The notes under the pieces were generated by a model. That model searched no databases. It was not told where the DNA came from and saw only the letters and a program-made list of their open reading frames with translations. Positions 36,331 through 46,501 of a DNA stretch of 49,950 nt are shown here, piece after piece. The stretch covers positions 1 to 49,950 of the IMG/VR virus record IMGVR_UViG_3300027986_000003. The stretch is one strand, 5' to 3'. This stretch comes from a virus. Its lineage: Duplodnaviria > Caudoviricetes. The stretch's first letter is position 1. The number at the start of each line of letters is the position of its first letter. The position numbers were made by a program, and so were the translations under genes.

Positions 36331-36590
36331 CTCTTGAAGAATTCTTTCTATCTCCTAGTTTTCTCTCCACTATCGTAGGTGGAGCGATTACAGCTGTGAT
36401 ATCACTACAGCTTTGGTTTCTTAAATGGTTTGTGACGAGTTTTGAAAAGCTTGCTACTGCTATAAAAGATCAAGGCAATAGAATGCAACAGTGGTTGATG
36501 GATCATGAAAATAAAGATCAGTTACGCCATATAGATAATCTTCAGAGATTTGAAGATATTAATGTTCAATTGGCTAAACTAGAACCGTAA
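36327..36590 (+). CDS. Small membrane protein with coiled-coil C-terminus
   Basis: Hydrophobic N-terminal helix; immediately before the terminase. Confidence 0.6.
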   Translation: MTLEEFFLSPSFLSTIVGGAITAVISLQLWFLKWFVTSFEKLATAIKDQGNRMQQWLMDHENKDQLRHIDNLQRFEDINVQLAKLEP

Positions 36591-38155
36591 TGGCTAAAAA
36601 GAAATCTGAGCTTGACCAAGCCAGACAAGAACGACGAGAAATAGCTGAGGCTGACTTAGTTGCTTTCATAGAGTTAGTTCATCCTAAGAGATTCCTCGGG
36701 AATATACATAGGGAAGTCATAGCTTGGTGGACAGCCAGCAATCACAGTTTACATCAACTTTTACTTCTGCCTCGCGACCATATGAAGTCAGCGATGGCAG
36801 CTTATTTAGTTGCGTGGTTGCTTACACGTGATCCAACCCTTCGAATACTATATATTTCTAGTACGTCCAACCTTGCTGTAAAACAACTTAAGTTTATTAA
36901 AGATATTCTGACTTGTGAAAACTATCGTATTCACTGGCCAGAGATGGTGAATAAAGAAGAAGCCAAGCGGGAGAAGTGGACGGAGAGAGAAATCTCAGTT
37001 GACCATCCTCGGCGAAAAGAAGAGTCCATACGCGAACCTTCTATTTTTATTGCAGGTCTTACTACGAATATTGTTGGTCTTCATTGTGATGTCGCTGTAC
37101 TTGATGACGTCGTGGTGGCAAGTAACGCATACACTGAAGAAGGCCGTGAAAAGGTTAAAGAGCAATATGGTTATCTTTCGTCAGTCGAAGGTGTTAACGC
37201 CCGCGAGATTGTGGTTGGTACTCGGTATCATCCTCTCGATCTTTACTCTACTCTTATTGAAAACATCGTAGAAATATATGATGAACATGGACAAGTCATT
37301 GATACTAAACAATTATTCGACGTCTTTGAACGCCCAGTCGAGTCCGTTGGCGATGGCACGGGTGAGTTTTTATGGCCTAGAGCCCAACGAAGTGACGGCA
37401 AATGGTTTGGCTTTAACGCTCAAGTCTTGGCTGATAAACGATCCAAATACGACAATAAAATTCACTTCAGAGCCCAATACTATAACAATCCACAGGATGA
37501 GGACTCATCTCCCATCCAACGGAAGTTATTCCAGTACTACGACCAAAACTTCCTCTCCAAGAAAGACTATGTTTGGTACTTTAAGCGAGAAAGACTTAAT
37601 GTCGTGGCTGCAGTCGACTTTGCCTATAGTATTGGCAAGCGGTCTGATAGCACTAGCATTGTGGTCGTCGGGGTTGATGGCCTCAATAATTACTACATTC
37701 TCGAAATAGATCGGTTTAAGACCGATAAGATTTCGGATTACTTCACTCACATTTTAGCTCTCTACCAGAAGTGGGGATTTCGTAAGATCAGATGTGAAGT
37801 CTCGGTAGCCCAAGCAGTTATCGTCAAAGATTTGAAAGAAAACTACATCCGTCCTTTTGGTCTATCACTAGCAGTAGATGAATTCAGACCTTCGCGATGG
37901 GAAGGTTCTAAACACGAGCGTATCATGAGTACACTGGAACCTAAGTACGCCAATCGTCAAATTTGGCACTATCCTTCTGGTAATATCCAAGTCCTTGAAG
38001 AAGAGCTGATACTACAAAATCCAGCTCATGACGACGTCAAAGACGCTCTCGCTTCAGCTATAGACTTTGCCACAGCTCCAGTTAATACGTATCAATTCGC
38101 AGCTAAAAGAGCAGAAATTATGCAATTCCATACTAGGTTCGGTGGCACACTGTGA
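36590..38155 (+). CDS. terL: Terminase large subunit
   Basis: LLLPRDHMKS Walker A variant, GLHCDVAVLDD Walker B, VGTRY, AVDFA nuclease motif, HDDVKDA. Confidence 0.92.
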   Translation: MAKKKSELDQARQERREIAEADLVAFIELVHPKRFLGNIHREVIAWWTASNHSLHQLLLLPRDHMKSAMAAYLVAWLLTRDPTLRILYISSTSNLAVKQLKFIKDILTCENYRIHWPEMVNKEEAKREKWTEREISVDHPRRKEESIREPSIFIAGLTTNIVGLHCDVAVLDDVVVASNAYTEEGREKVKEQYGYLSSVEGVNAREIVVGTRYHPLDLYSTLIENIVEIYDEHGQVIDTKQLFDVFERPVESVGDGTGEFLWPRAQRSDGKWFGFNAQVLADKRSKYDNKIHFRAQYYNNPQDEDSSPIQRKLFQYYDQNFLSKKDYVWYFKRERLNVVAAVDFAYSIGKRSDSTSIVVVGVDGLNNYYILEIDRFKTDKISDYFTHILALYQKWGFRKIRCEVSVAQAVIVKDLKENYIRPFGLSLAVDEFRPSRWEGSKHERIMSTLEPKYANRQIWHYPSGNIQVLEEELILQNPAHDDVKDALASAIDFATAPVNTYQFAAKRAEIMQFHTRFGGTL

Positions 38156-40032
38156 CCGGTAAAGTCTTAGAACTAGAAAACATTCTATCTCCTGAACTGT
38201 TGGCTACACGGCTGACAGAGAAGTATATGGAATGGGATACGCTCCGTCAGGTTTGGAAAGTAGACAAAGAAGAGATCAGACGTTACGTCTATGCTACCGA
38301 TACCGGTCAGACAACTAACGCTAGTAATCCTTGGAAGAACCGTACTACAGTTCCCAAGCTTTGTCAAATCAGAGATAATCTCTATTCTAATTATACAGCA
38401 ACGCTATTTCCGAAACGGAAATGGCTGTTGTGGGAAGCCAATGAAGAAGATAGCAACTCCGTTATCAAGCGAGACAGTATCGTCAATTACATGTCTTGGG
38501 CGATAGAACAGCCCGGATTTAAGCATGAACTTGATAAAATTATTCTTGACTACATCGACTTTGGCAATTGTTTTGCTACTGTTGAATGGGTGGATCAAAG
38601 AATTCAACAGCCGGGTTATACGCAATCTGGGTATATTGGTCCTGCTATCAGGCGTCTTAATCCTCTCGATGTTGTTATGAACCCGACGGCTGAGGACTTT
38701 ATGTCTTCGCCTAAGTTCGTACGATCTTTGGTTTCTCTTGGCGAACTCCATAAGCTTCTGGATCAAATGACTAACGACCAGAACCGGGAGACGCTAGAGA
38801 ACTTATATATGTATCTGAAAGAGATTAGATTACATGCCCGTGAATATCAGGGTGATTGGAGCCAACGTGACCGACTCTATGCTATCGATGGCTTTGCAAG
38901 CTTTAGAGCGTACTTACTATCGGGGTACTGCGAAGTCCTAACTTTCTATGGAGATTGGTATGACCATTATACCGACGAGTATCAGACCAACCGCGTTATT
39001 ACAGTGGTTGATCGCCATAAGCTCATCTCTAATTTGCCTAACCCCAGTTTCTTCGGACAACCGCCTATCTACCATGTTCCTTGGCGTAAACGACAAGACA
39101 ATCTGTGGGGGATGGGTCCATTGGACAATCTTGTGGGGATGCAATACCGAATGGACCATGTAGAGAATATGAAGGCAGACATCTTCGATCTGACTGCATA
39201 TCCTGTACAAAAGATTAAAGGCTTTGTTGAAGACTTTGTGTGGCAGCCCGGTGAAAAGATATTTACGTCAGAAGAAGGCGATGTTGAGCTTGTACAGCCT
39301 GAAGTTCAGGCTCTCAATGCTAATATGGAAATACAAAACCTTGCCAACCTTATGGAAGAGATGGCAGGCGCTCCCAAGGAAGCTATGGGTTTTCGTTCTC
39401 CGGGTGAAAAGACGAAGTATGAAGTCCAGAGGTTAGAGAACGCTTCAGCCCGAGTATTCCAGAATAAGATTAATCAATTCGAACAACAGATGGTTGAGCC
39501 TCTACTGAACGCTATGCTAGAGCTAGCGCAAAGGAACCTGTCAGGGGCAATTACAATTAGGATATTCGATGACGAGTTTAAGGCAGCTTCGTTTCAGACC
39601 CTTACTGTTGAAGACATTACAGGCGTCGGACGGATTAAACCGATTGCTGCAAGGCATTTTGCAGAACAGGCAGAACTCATCCAGAACCTTACATCTCTTA
39701 CTGGTTCAGGATTGTGGCCGACAGTCCAGCCTCATTTCTCAGGGGTGGCTCTCGCTAAGATGCTTGAGAATGTATTTGACTTGTCTGATTATCACATCGT
39801 TCAGCCGTACATTGCTCTCGCTGAGCAAGCCGATGCCCAAGCACAGGCTCAGGTACTAGAAGAGAAACTCCATCAACAAACAATGACTGCTACAGGGCTG
39901 GGTGAAGATTATGACATGCACCCTAATCCTCCTCAACAGCAAGTAGGACCGACACGTCCCGGACAACAAATGGGACTACAACGTAATCCTCCCGCTAGTG
40001 CAACACCAATGGGAACAATAGGAACACAATGA
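38152..40032 (+). CDS. Portal (head-tail connector) protein
   Basis: 626 aa after TerL; DYIDFGN.FA and WGMGPLDNLVGMQY motifs typical of podovirus portals. Confidence 0.88.
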   Translation: MTGKVLELENILSPELLATRLTEKYMEWDTLRQVWKVDKEEIRRYVYATDTGQTTNASNPWKNRTTVPKLCQIRDNLYSNYTATLFPKRKWLLWEANEEDSNSVIKRDSIVNYMSWAIEQPGFKHELDKIILDYIDFGNCFATVEWVDQRIQQPGYTQSGYIGPAIRRLNPLDVVMNPTAEDFMSSPKFVRSLVSLGELHKLLDQMTNDQNRETLENLYMYLKEIRLHAREYQGDWSQRDRLYAIDGFASFRAYLLSGYCEVLTFYGDWYDHYTDEYQTNRVITVVDRHKLISNLPNPSFFGQPPIYHVPWRKRQDNLWGMGPLDNLVGMQYRMDHVENMKADIFDLTAYPVQKIKGFVEDFVWQPGEKIFTSEEGDVELVQPEVQALNANMEIQNLANLMEEMAGAPKEAMGFRSPGEKTKYEVQRLENASARVFQNKINQFEQQMVEPLLNAMLELAQRNLSGAITIRIFDDEFKAASFQTLTVEDITGVGRIKPIAARHFAEQAELIQNLTSLTGSGLWPTVQPHFSGVALAKMLENVFDLSDYHIVQPYIALAEQADAQAQAQVLEEKLHQQTMTATGLGEDYDMHPNPPQQQVGPTRPGQQMGLQRNPPASATPMGTIGTQ

Positions 40033-40178
40033 AGAAAGAAAAGAAATTTCCGGTAAAAGATCAGGCTAAGACTGATAACATCAAACATCCGTTTGCAGAT
40101 CACTATCAGACTAGCATGACTCCTGAGTTTCCTCAGCCGGGTATAATGCCTTCCCCGACATCAGATGTCCAGCCATGA
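40029..40178 (+). CDS. Small hypothetical protein (49 aa)
   Basis: ATGA-coupled to both neighbours. Confidence 0.5.
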   Translation: MKKEKKFPVKDQAKTDNIKHPFADHYQTSMTPEFPQPGIMPSPTSDVQP

Positions 40179-40429
40179 TTTCAGCTTGGACTAAACATCT
40201 TAAGACCGAAGATGAGAAGGCAAGATTTAAGAATTCAGTATTAGGTTCTAAAATAGTCTTAGAACGTCTCCAACAATTAATTAAAGAAGTAGAAGACGAT
40301 TTAGATAAGACTGAACTTAATACCAAGATTTACGATATCCCTAACTGGGACTATCGTCAAGCGGATATGAATGGCTTCCGGAGAGCACTCAAAACCATTC
40401 AAACTATTATAACAGTGGACCATGACTGA
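40175..40429 (+). CDS. Hypothetical head-module protein
   Basis: 84 aa between portal and scaffold; Y..PNW.Y.QAD.NG motif. Confidence 0.7.
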   Translation: MISAWTKHLKTEDEKARFKNSVLGSKIVLERLQQLIKEVEDDLDKTELNTKIYDIPNWDYRQADMNGFRRALKTIQTIITVDHD

Positions 40430-41153
40430 AGATTTATTTACTACACCTGACCCGGTGGAAACAGAAGAAACCCTACGGGTACAATTAACCAATAAATGGA
40501 AAGAAAAGTTCCCGGAAGCTAATGAAGAACTCATTAGAAGTAAGGTAGATTCTGATTTATATATCAAAACTCTCGAACGCCAAAAAGACGAACTCCGTAC
40601 GGATTTCATGAAGGCGCAAGAAGAGATACAGAAAGGAAAGGCCCTTGAGGATTTAATTGACAAGTTAAACTCTAAGGAAACCGCTCCCCCGGCAAACACC
40701 CCGCCAAAAGAGAATACGCCCCCTCCTTCATTGACTTTGAGTGACGTCGAAAAATTCTACGAAGATAAAAAACGTAGTGAAATCGAAGCGAAGAACTTCG
40801 CGACTGTTCAATTGAAGTTACAGGAACGCTTCGGACAACGTGCCGGAGAGTACCTACAAGAACAAGCCCAAACGCTTGGATTGACTAAAGAAGAAGTCAA
40901 CTCCTTAGCGAAGAAGTCTCCTGAAGCTTTCTTCAGAACAATGGGACTTAATCAACAAGGACAAGATTTATTCATGGCCCCTCCTCGAAATGATCTACGA
41001 CAGAATTCGTTTGCCCCTCAACCGGTTAAACGAGACTGGAATTGGTATCAAGACATGAAGGCTAAAAATCCTAAGCAGTATTGGGACCCCAAAACCCAAC
41101 TCCAGATGCACCGAGATGCAGAAGCACTCGGAGCTGCCTTTGGAGTAGATTAA
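40422..41153 (+). CDS. Capsid scaffolding protein
   Basis: Acidic, coiled-coil 243 aa directly upstream of the capsid gene. Confidence 0.75.
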   Translation: MTEDLFTTPDPVETEETLRVQLTNKWKEKFPEANEELIRSKVDSDLYIKTLERQKDELRTDFMKAQEEIQKGKALEDLIDKLNSKETAPPANTPPKENTPPPSLTLSDVEKFYEDKKRSEIEAKNFATVQLKLQERFGQRAGEYLQEQAQTLGLTKEEVNSLAKKSPEAFFRTMGLNQQGQDLFMAPPRNDLRQNSFAPQPVKRDWNWYQDMKAKNPKQYWDPKTQLQMHRDAEALGAAFGVD

Positions 41154-41209
41154 CTACTGTATCCCTGTGAGTCCGTACTTAGTGCGGCGTGGGATCAAAG
41201 GAGATTTTC

Positions 41210-42169
41210 ATGGCCGGTTTTACCGACTCAAACAATCAAAATCTCATCAGGACTAATGTCTGGTCTCGCCAGATTAAAGAACTCCTGCTTGATGATTTGA
41301 ATGCCATGAAGTTCGTCCGTATTCTCTCTGACTTCCCCGATGGCTACACCATCAACATACCGTCGATTGGCGCAGCCACTCAGTCGGATTTTGTTGAAGG
41401 TCAGGCAATTAAGTACGAAGCCTTCGACACTGGTAACTTCACGTTCAGTTTCGATCAGTATAAGTACTCAGGCGCTGCCATCAGCGAGAAGTTCAAGAGA
41501 GACTCTTTCTATGCTCAGGATGTTATCGCGGCTTTCGTGCCCCGTCAGCATCGTGTGCTTATGGAGGGTGTTGAAGCCAATATCTTCAGCAAGGCGAACT
41601 CTGGCCAAACGGCGTCTAACGTCAACCTCATCAATAACGCAGACCATCGGTTTGTTGCCACTGGCACAAGCTCGGCTCTGACATTCGCTGACCTCGCTCG
41701 CGTCAAGTACGCGCTCTTCAAGGCCAACGTCCCTCAGACCAATCTTGTGGCAGTCATCGACCCGTCGGTTGCGTACACCATTGAAACTCAGACCAATATG
41801 GTCAATCTTTTGTCACCAATGCCTATGTGGGAGTCGGTGGTGAAGGATGGCATGGTCAGTGGCTTCAAGTTCCGTTACAACATTTTCGGCTTTGACTTCT
41901 ATGTCAGCAACTATCTTCCTCAGATTTCGTCTGAGACGATTGGTTCTGCATCGGTCACCAACGGTGTTGCCAACCTGTTCTTCTCGGCTGTGTCCGGCGA
42001 CGTCTGCCCATGGGTAGGCGCTTTCCGTCAGATGCCAACCGTGCAGAGCAAGTTCAACATGGACCTGCAGCAAACTGAATATGCGACTATCTGTGAATAC
42101 GGCTTCAAGCTATATCGTCCTGAGAACATGGTTATCGTCCTTACGAACACCTCAGTTGTTCCGAGCTAA
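41210..42169 (+). CDS. Major capsid protein
   Basis: AAGGAG RBS, 319 aa, LIRTNVWS...DFPDG.TINIPSIG...YGFKLYRPE; strong codon bias. Confidence 0.9.
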   Translation: MAGFTDSNNQNLIRTNVWSRQIKELLLDDLNAMKFVRILSDFPDGYTINIPSIGAATQSDFVEGQAIKYEAFDTGNFTFSFDQYKYSGAAISEKFKRDSFYAQDVIAAFVPRQHRVLMEGVEANIFSKANSGQTASNVNLINNADHRFVATGTSSALTFADLARVKYALFKANVPQTNLVAVIDPSVAYTIETQTNMVNLLSPMPMWESVVKDGMVSGFKFRYNIFGFDFYVSNYLPQISSETIGSASVTNGVANLFFSAVSGDVCPWVGAFRQMPTVQSKFNMDLQQTEYATICEYGFKLYRPENMVIVLTNTSVVPS

Positions 42170-42179
42170 GGAGGATTAA

Positions 42180-42740
42180 ATGGCACAAAATTGGACTAAT
42201 AAAGACGGTCTGTTTCTTCAGTTTGGAACTGATAAAACGACTTCAGAAACAGCGGGTGAATATGCTTCTCCCGGTATGCCTGATCGTATTGTCGAGTTCT
42301 CACTTGATTTGACGACACTTTCAACTTCTTCAGCTACTATTCTTTCGAATAATCTCATCTTCCCTGCTCCTCCGACTGGTCAGATGATTATCTCGAAGGT
42401 TGAGTTGTACGTTGAAACAGGTGCTACATCTGGTACGTCTTCGACGTTAAAGGTTGGTCTTATTCAGATGGATCGGTCTACCGTTCCTACGAATTACGAT
42501 CACGCCTTCATTAACGCCGAAACTAATGCTGAGATGGCAACAGCTGGTGACTTACTTCTGTACGTAGGTGCAGACAGTGTCCCTGCTGGCAGCACTCATG
42601 GTGGCATCCTGATCGGATCGCAACCCGCTAACGCAACCGGTCCGTATTATATCACGGCACAGGCTGGAACTGCAGTATTTACTGCAGGTAAAGTCCGTAT
42701 CCGTATATTCTATCGCGGTATCGGTACAATCACTCAGTAA
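42180..42740 (+). CDS. Putative capsid decoration/cement protein
   Basis: AAGGAGG RBS, directly after the capsid gene; WTNKDGL..FG start and AGKVRIRI end. Confidence 0.6.
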   Translation: MAQNWTNKDGLFLQFGTDKTTSETAGEYASPGMPDRIVEFSLDLTTLSTSSATILSNNLIFPAPPTGQMIISKVELYVETGATSGTSSTLKVGLIQMDRSTVPTNYDHAFINAETNAEMATAGDLLLYVGADSVPAGSTHGGILIGSQPANATGPYYITAQAGTAVFTAGKVRIRIFYRGIGTITQ

Positions 42741-42785
42741 TGGATAAGGGGGTAGGAAACTGCCCCCGTTCCTAGAAAGGATCAA

Positions 42786-43247
42786 ATGTCTATTCCTGTT
42801 GATTATTCAAACAACGACTTAATTGTTAATAGTGTTCAAGTTGGACAAACTACTACTGGATCAACATCCGGTATTCTTGTTCAACCCTATGAAATACCTA
42901 ACGTAGCCCTTCTTTCTGCGACATCAACGAGTTTTACTCTTTGGTTGAACCCTAACGTAGGTGGTACGTATAAAGTAGTGGGTGCTTCAGCTGTATTCGG
43001 TACTGCTTCCTCTAGTGGTACTTTACAGGTTGAAGTCGCTACAGGTACTCAAGCGGTTGGCTCAGGTACTAATCAACTTACTGGTACTGTCTCCCTATCA
43101 GGTACGGCAAATACCACAGTTAATGGTACTGTAATTGCTTCTCCGACTACTATTACAGCTGGTAGCCGTGTCAATCTTATCCTAGCAGGTACTATGACCT
43201 CCTTGGCTAATTGCTCGGTTTCTGTTGTTTTACAACGTCTAACGTAA
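42786..43247 (+). CDS. Putative virion beta-sandwich appendage protein
   Basis: 153 aa, Thr/Ser/Gly/Val-rich. Confidence 0.55.
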   Translation: MSIPVDYSNNDLIVNSVQVGQTTTGSTSGILVQPYEIPNVALLSATSTSFTLWLNPNVGGTYKVVGASAVFGTASSSGTLQVEVATGTQAVGSGTNQLTGTVSLSGTANTTVNGTVIASPTTITAGSRVNLILAGTMTSLANCSVSVVLQRLT

Positions 43248-43286
43248 TGGATTGGGGAGGCAACTCCCCTTTCCTATAGGAAACAA

Positions 43287-43637
43287 ATGACTGTCTCGAT
43301 AACACTTACAAATCTTGCAAATCTGCAGAATGAAACTACTGCTGTTAATAATATTAACAGCAATAACTCAGCTATTACGACAGCGTTTGGTTCTGCTCTT
43401 AATACAGCCGGTGATACAATGACCGGTAACCTCGATATGAATGGAAATCAAATCCTCAATCAAGGTGCGACTTCTTATACAGTAGCGACACTTCCAGCCT
43501 CTCCTACAACAGGACGATTGGCTGTTGTAACAGACGGCGCGGCTTCTCTCGCATGGGGAGCTACCGTAACTGGCGGTGCTTCTACTAAATATCTTGTATG
43601 GTTTAACGGTTCTGCATGGACGGTATTAGGTAAATGA
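43287..43637 (+). CDS. Short fibre-like protein
   Basis: N-terminus is paralogous to the next gene; YTVATLP...VTDG...VWFNGSAW module. Confidence 0.6.
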   Translation: MTVSITLTNLANLQNETTAVNNINSNNSAITTAFGSALNTAGDTMTGNLDMNGNQILNQGATSYTVATLPASPTTGRLAVVTDGAASLAWGATVTGGASTKYLVWFNGSAWTVLGK

Positions 43638-45010
43638 CAAAGATTACACTAACTAACGTAGGAAGTCTTACACAAAACCCTACTACTGCTCAGACTACAA
43701 TAAATAATAATTTCTCTACTATTCAGACTGCTATGGATAATACGCTGTCTAGAGATGGTACTACTCCTAATACTATGAGTAATCCTCTAGATATGAACAG
43801 CAATCAAATAGTTAATCTCCCTAATCCAGCAACTGCTAACTCTCCTTTACGTTTACAGGATTTGAGTACATTCACTGGTGGCGGTACAGTAACTAATATT
43901 CCATCTGGCGGAACTACAGGTCAGACCCTTACTAAGAATAGTAATGCCAATTATGACGTAACTTGGAATTCTCAAGCAGCCGGTCTTAACGCTGGTACTA
44001 ACATTAACATCAGCGGTGGCAGTCCTGCTACTATTTCCGTTATTTCTAATCCTGTATTTAGTACATCAGTTACTACTCCTGAGTTAATTAACACAGGAAC
44101 TCTTACTCTTCCAACATCTACTGATACATTAGTTGGTAGAGCAACTACAGATACTTTAACAAATAAGACTATAGATACTGCAGGTCCTAATACACTTAAA
44201 GTTGCAGGAACATCCTTAACCGCTATTACTGGTAGTGGTAGTGTCGTTTTAGCAACATCGCCGACGCTTGTTACACCGAGTATGTCGAGTATTGTTAATA
44301 CAGGTACACTGACACTTCCAACGTCCACAGATACGTTAATTGCCCGCGCAACTTCAGATACTTTAACTAATAAAACTATTAACGGCAGTAGCAATACTTT
44401 AACAGTTCTAGGTTCTAGTCAAATCAGCGGTAATATCCCTGTTTCTAATTTGAACTCAGGGACATCGGCTTCGTCTACAACCTTTTGGCGTGGAGATGGA
44501 ACATGGGCAGCTCCTCCATCAGGTTCGATAGTTTTTCTTGAAACACTTACTCTCTCAAATGTTGCAACTAAATCTTCTACAGTTTCTTGGTCTGGGTATT
44601 CTGCTATTGAAATCAACATAATGAATGTTGTTCCGGTTAGTTCTAGCAGTTTGCTTTTTAATTATGTAACAGGAGGCGGAACGCAGTCTACGGGATATAC
44701 TTCTCAGTTTTTGACTGCCGCGGGTCCTACTGTAACAGGAGCTACTAGTGGAACTACTACTGCAGGTGTTCTTGGACCATCCGTAACAAATACTGCTCTT
44801 ACGGGTTGGACTGGAACATTACGTATATATAACATTGCTTCTACAAGTGCTGTTAAATCATTCGTAGCGCAAGGGTTTCTTCCGGGGCCTACTGTAGCTA
44901 CTATCTCAGGCAATTGGGGAACAACCTCAACAGCTCTCACGGGCATTGTTTTTTCATTTGCAAGTGGTAATTTATCTACAGGCATAATTAATATATACGG
45001 TGTTGTATGA
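43634..45010 (+). CDS. Tail fibre protein
   Basis: [19 protein letters not shown] repeats and [14 protein letters not shown] fibre motifs. Confidence 0.8.
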   Translation: MTKITLTNVGSLTQNPTTAQTTINNNFSTIQTAMDNTLSRDGTTPNTMSNPLDMNSNQIVNLPNPATANSPLRLQDLSTFTGGGTVTNIPSGGTTGQTLTKNSNANYDVTWNSQAAGLNAGTNINISGGSPATISVISNPVFSTSVTTPELINTGTLTLPTSTDTLVGRATTDTLTNKTIDTAGPNTLKVAGTSLTAITGSGSVVLATSPTLVTPSMSSIVNTGTLTLPTSTDTLIARATSDTLTNKTINGSSNTLTVLGSSQISGNIPVSNLNSGTSASSTTFWRGDGTWAAPPSGSIVFLETLTLSNVATKSSTVSWSGYSAIEINIMNVVPVSSSSLLFNYVTGGGTQSTGYTSQFLTAAGPTVTGATSGTTTAGVLGPSVTNTALTGWTGTLRIYNIASTSAVKSFVAQGFLPGPTVATISGNWGTTSTALTGIVFSFASGNLSTGIINIYGVV

Positions 45011-45645
45011 AACAGAATTTTAACGACTGTCTTACTCGCGTCCTTAAGGACGAAGGAGGTTACTCCAATGTACCGGGAGATAATGGCGGACCTACTAACT
45101 TTGGTATTACTATTAGTGACTATAGGAAGTATATCAATCCTAGAGGCACCGCCACGGATGTCAAGAACATGTCGGTGGATCAGGCGAAAGTTATCTACAA
45201 AGCACGATATTGGGATGTTCTTGGTTGTGATGATCTTCCCTCTGGCGTTGATTATACTTGTTTTGATTATGGGGTTAATAGTGGGGTAGGACGCCCTAGG
45301 AAGGCTCTACAGCGATTTAAATCACTCAGGGGTACTCAACTCATCAACGCAATTAACGACGAACGTATGGCCTTCCTACAGTCTATCGGTGTAGGACATA
45401 ACGCTCAGTTTCTTAAAGGCTGGACCAGTCGAGTTAACCGTGTCCGTCTTTATTCACTTCAATTGTCTGAACAAGTTCCTCAGACACCTAAAGCAACCGG
45501 TGGTATTGCAGCGGCAATACTTGCAGGTGTTGCTTCAATATACCATTGGGGTATTTCACACTGGCCATTAGTACTCGCTGCAGCAATTGCAGTTGGTCTC
45601 ACAGCCTATCTCGTAATCCATTTCTACCACAAGGCTAAACAATAA
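45007..45645 (+). CDS. Glycoside hydrolase family 108 endolysin with C-terminal hydrophobic segments
   Basis: EGGY..PGD.GG.TNFGIT, FD.GVNSG and FLKGW.SRV motifs. Confidence 0.9.
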   Translation: MKQNFNDCLTRVLKDEGGYSNVPGDNGGPTNFGITISDYRKYINPRGTATDVKNMSVDQAKVIYKARYWDVLGCDDLPSGVDYTCFDYGVNSGVGRPRKALQRFKSLRGTQLINAINDERMAFLQSIGVGHNAQFLKGWTSRVNRVRLYSLQLSEQVPQTPKATGGIAAAILAGVASIYHWGISHWPLVLAAAIAVGLTAYLVIHFYHKAKQ

Positions 45646-45923
45646 TGGACATGAATTTAGAACTCGTTCATCAAGCTGCTCCGCACGTAGCTGCGGTAAA
45701 GCCTCATATTCATCACGCAGTTAAACAAGCTGCTCATATACAAGGAATTTCTATGCTTACTACAGTAATTTCAACAACTATCGGTGTCGTCATCGCAGGT
45801 GTTGTCGGCTTCTTTGTCGGTAAACGCGGTCTCATCGGAACTAAATCGGATATCACAAATGCCGTCACGAGCACCGAAAAAGTCATTACAGCAGCCGAAA
45901 CAGCAGCCCATCCCGCTGCTTAA
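45645..45923 (+). CDS. Small membrane protein (holin-like candidate)
   Basis: One TM helix; internal RBS and ATG at 45753. Confidence 0.5.
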   Translation: MDMNLELVHQAAPHVAAVKPHIHHAVKQAAHIQGISMLTTVISTTIGVVIAGVVGFFVGKRGLIGTKSDITNAVTSTEKVITAAETAAHPAA

Positions 45924-46137
45924 AAGGATTTGGCGTAATAGTCAGACACTGCCTTGGGCTTATACTCAATTAAGTGGTGCTTCTATTCTGGCTGCTATAG
46001 ACGCTACTAACCGCGTCTTACAAAGCCAACAAATGACGGATGTTTTAAATCGCATCCACGCTACACCAGAGATATATACAGCTTTGGCGATGTTCGGCTT
46101 AATCACGTTTATTGCACACGGCAGGGATAATGCTTAG
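45859..46137 (+). CDS. Small membrane protein, start uncertain
   Basis: Hydrophobic C-terminal helix; lies in the lysis cluster. Confidence 0.4.
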   Translation: MPSRAPKKSLQQPKQQPIPLLKRIWRNSQTLPWAYTQLSGASILAAIDATNRVLQSQQMTDVLNRIHATPEIYTALAMFGLITFIAHGRDNA

Positions 46138-46501
46138 TTTACTGACTACTCTACTTCCGGGAGTTTTTACAGCAATTAGTAGCATAACAAATGCTATTGC
46201 TAATGAAAAGATTGCTGCAATAAATGCAACTACTGATGAAGCTAGAATAGCTGCACAACAGAATATAGCTGCTTTAGAAGCACAGAAGGCTGCTTTAATA
46301 GCAACGCACTCACCTTGGACAAACTTCGTTCAATTTATAATTGGTACCGAAGTTGCTTTTGTATTGGGTAAACTCCTTGTGTGGGATAAAGCATTAGGTG
46401 ATTATACACATGGACACACTGATAAGATTGATCCTAATATGTGGTGGTGCATAACCGCTGTTGTTGGTTTCTATTTCGTAGCTGGGATATTTAAGAAATG
46501 A
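46130..46501 (+). CDS. Holin-like multi-TM membrane protein
   Basis: Hydrophobic segments ending VVGFYF; in the lysis cluster. Confidence 0.55.
   Translation: MLSLLTTLLPGVFTAISSITNAIANEKIAAINATTDEARIAAQQNIAALEAQKAALIATHSPWTNFVQFIIGTEVAFVLGKLLVWDKALGDYTHGHTDKIDPNMWWCITAVVGFYFVAGIFKK

Noticed and set aside
44090-44380. Fibre repeat as a diversity-generating retroelement VR/TR pair
   Set aside because: No reverse transcriptase; both copies are in frame within one gene and differ mostly synonymously.
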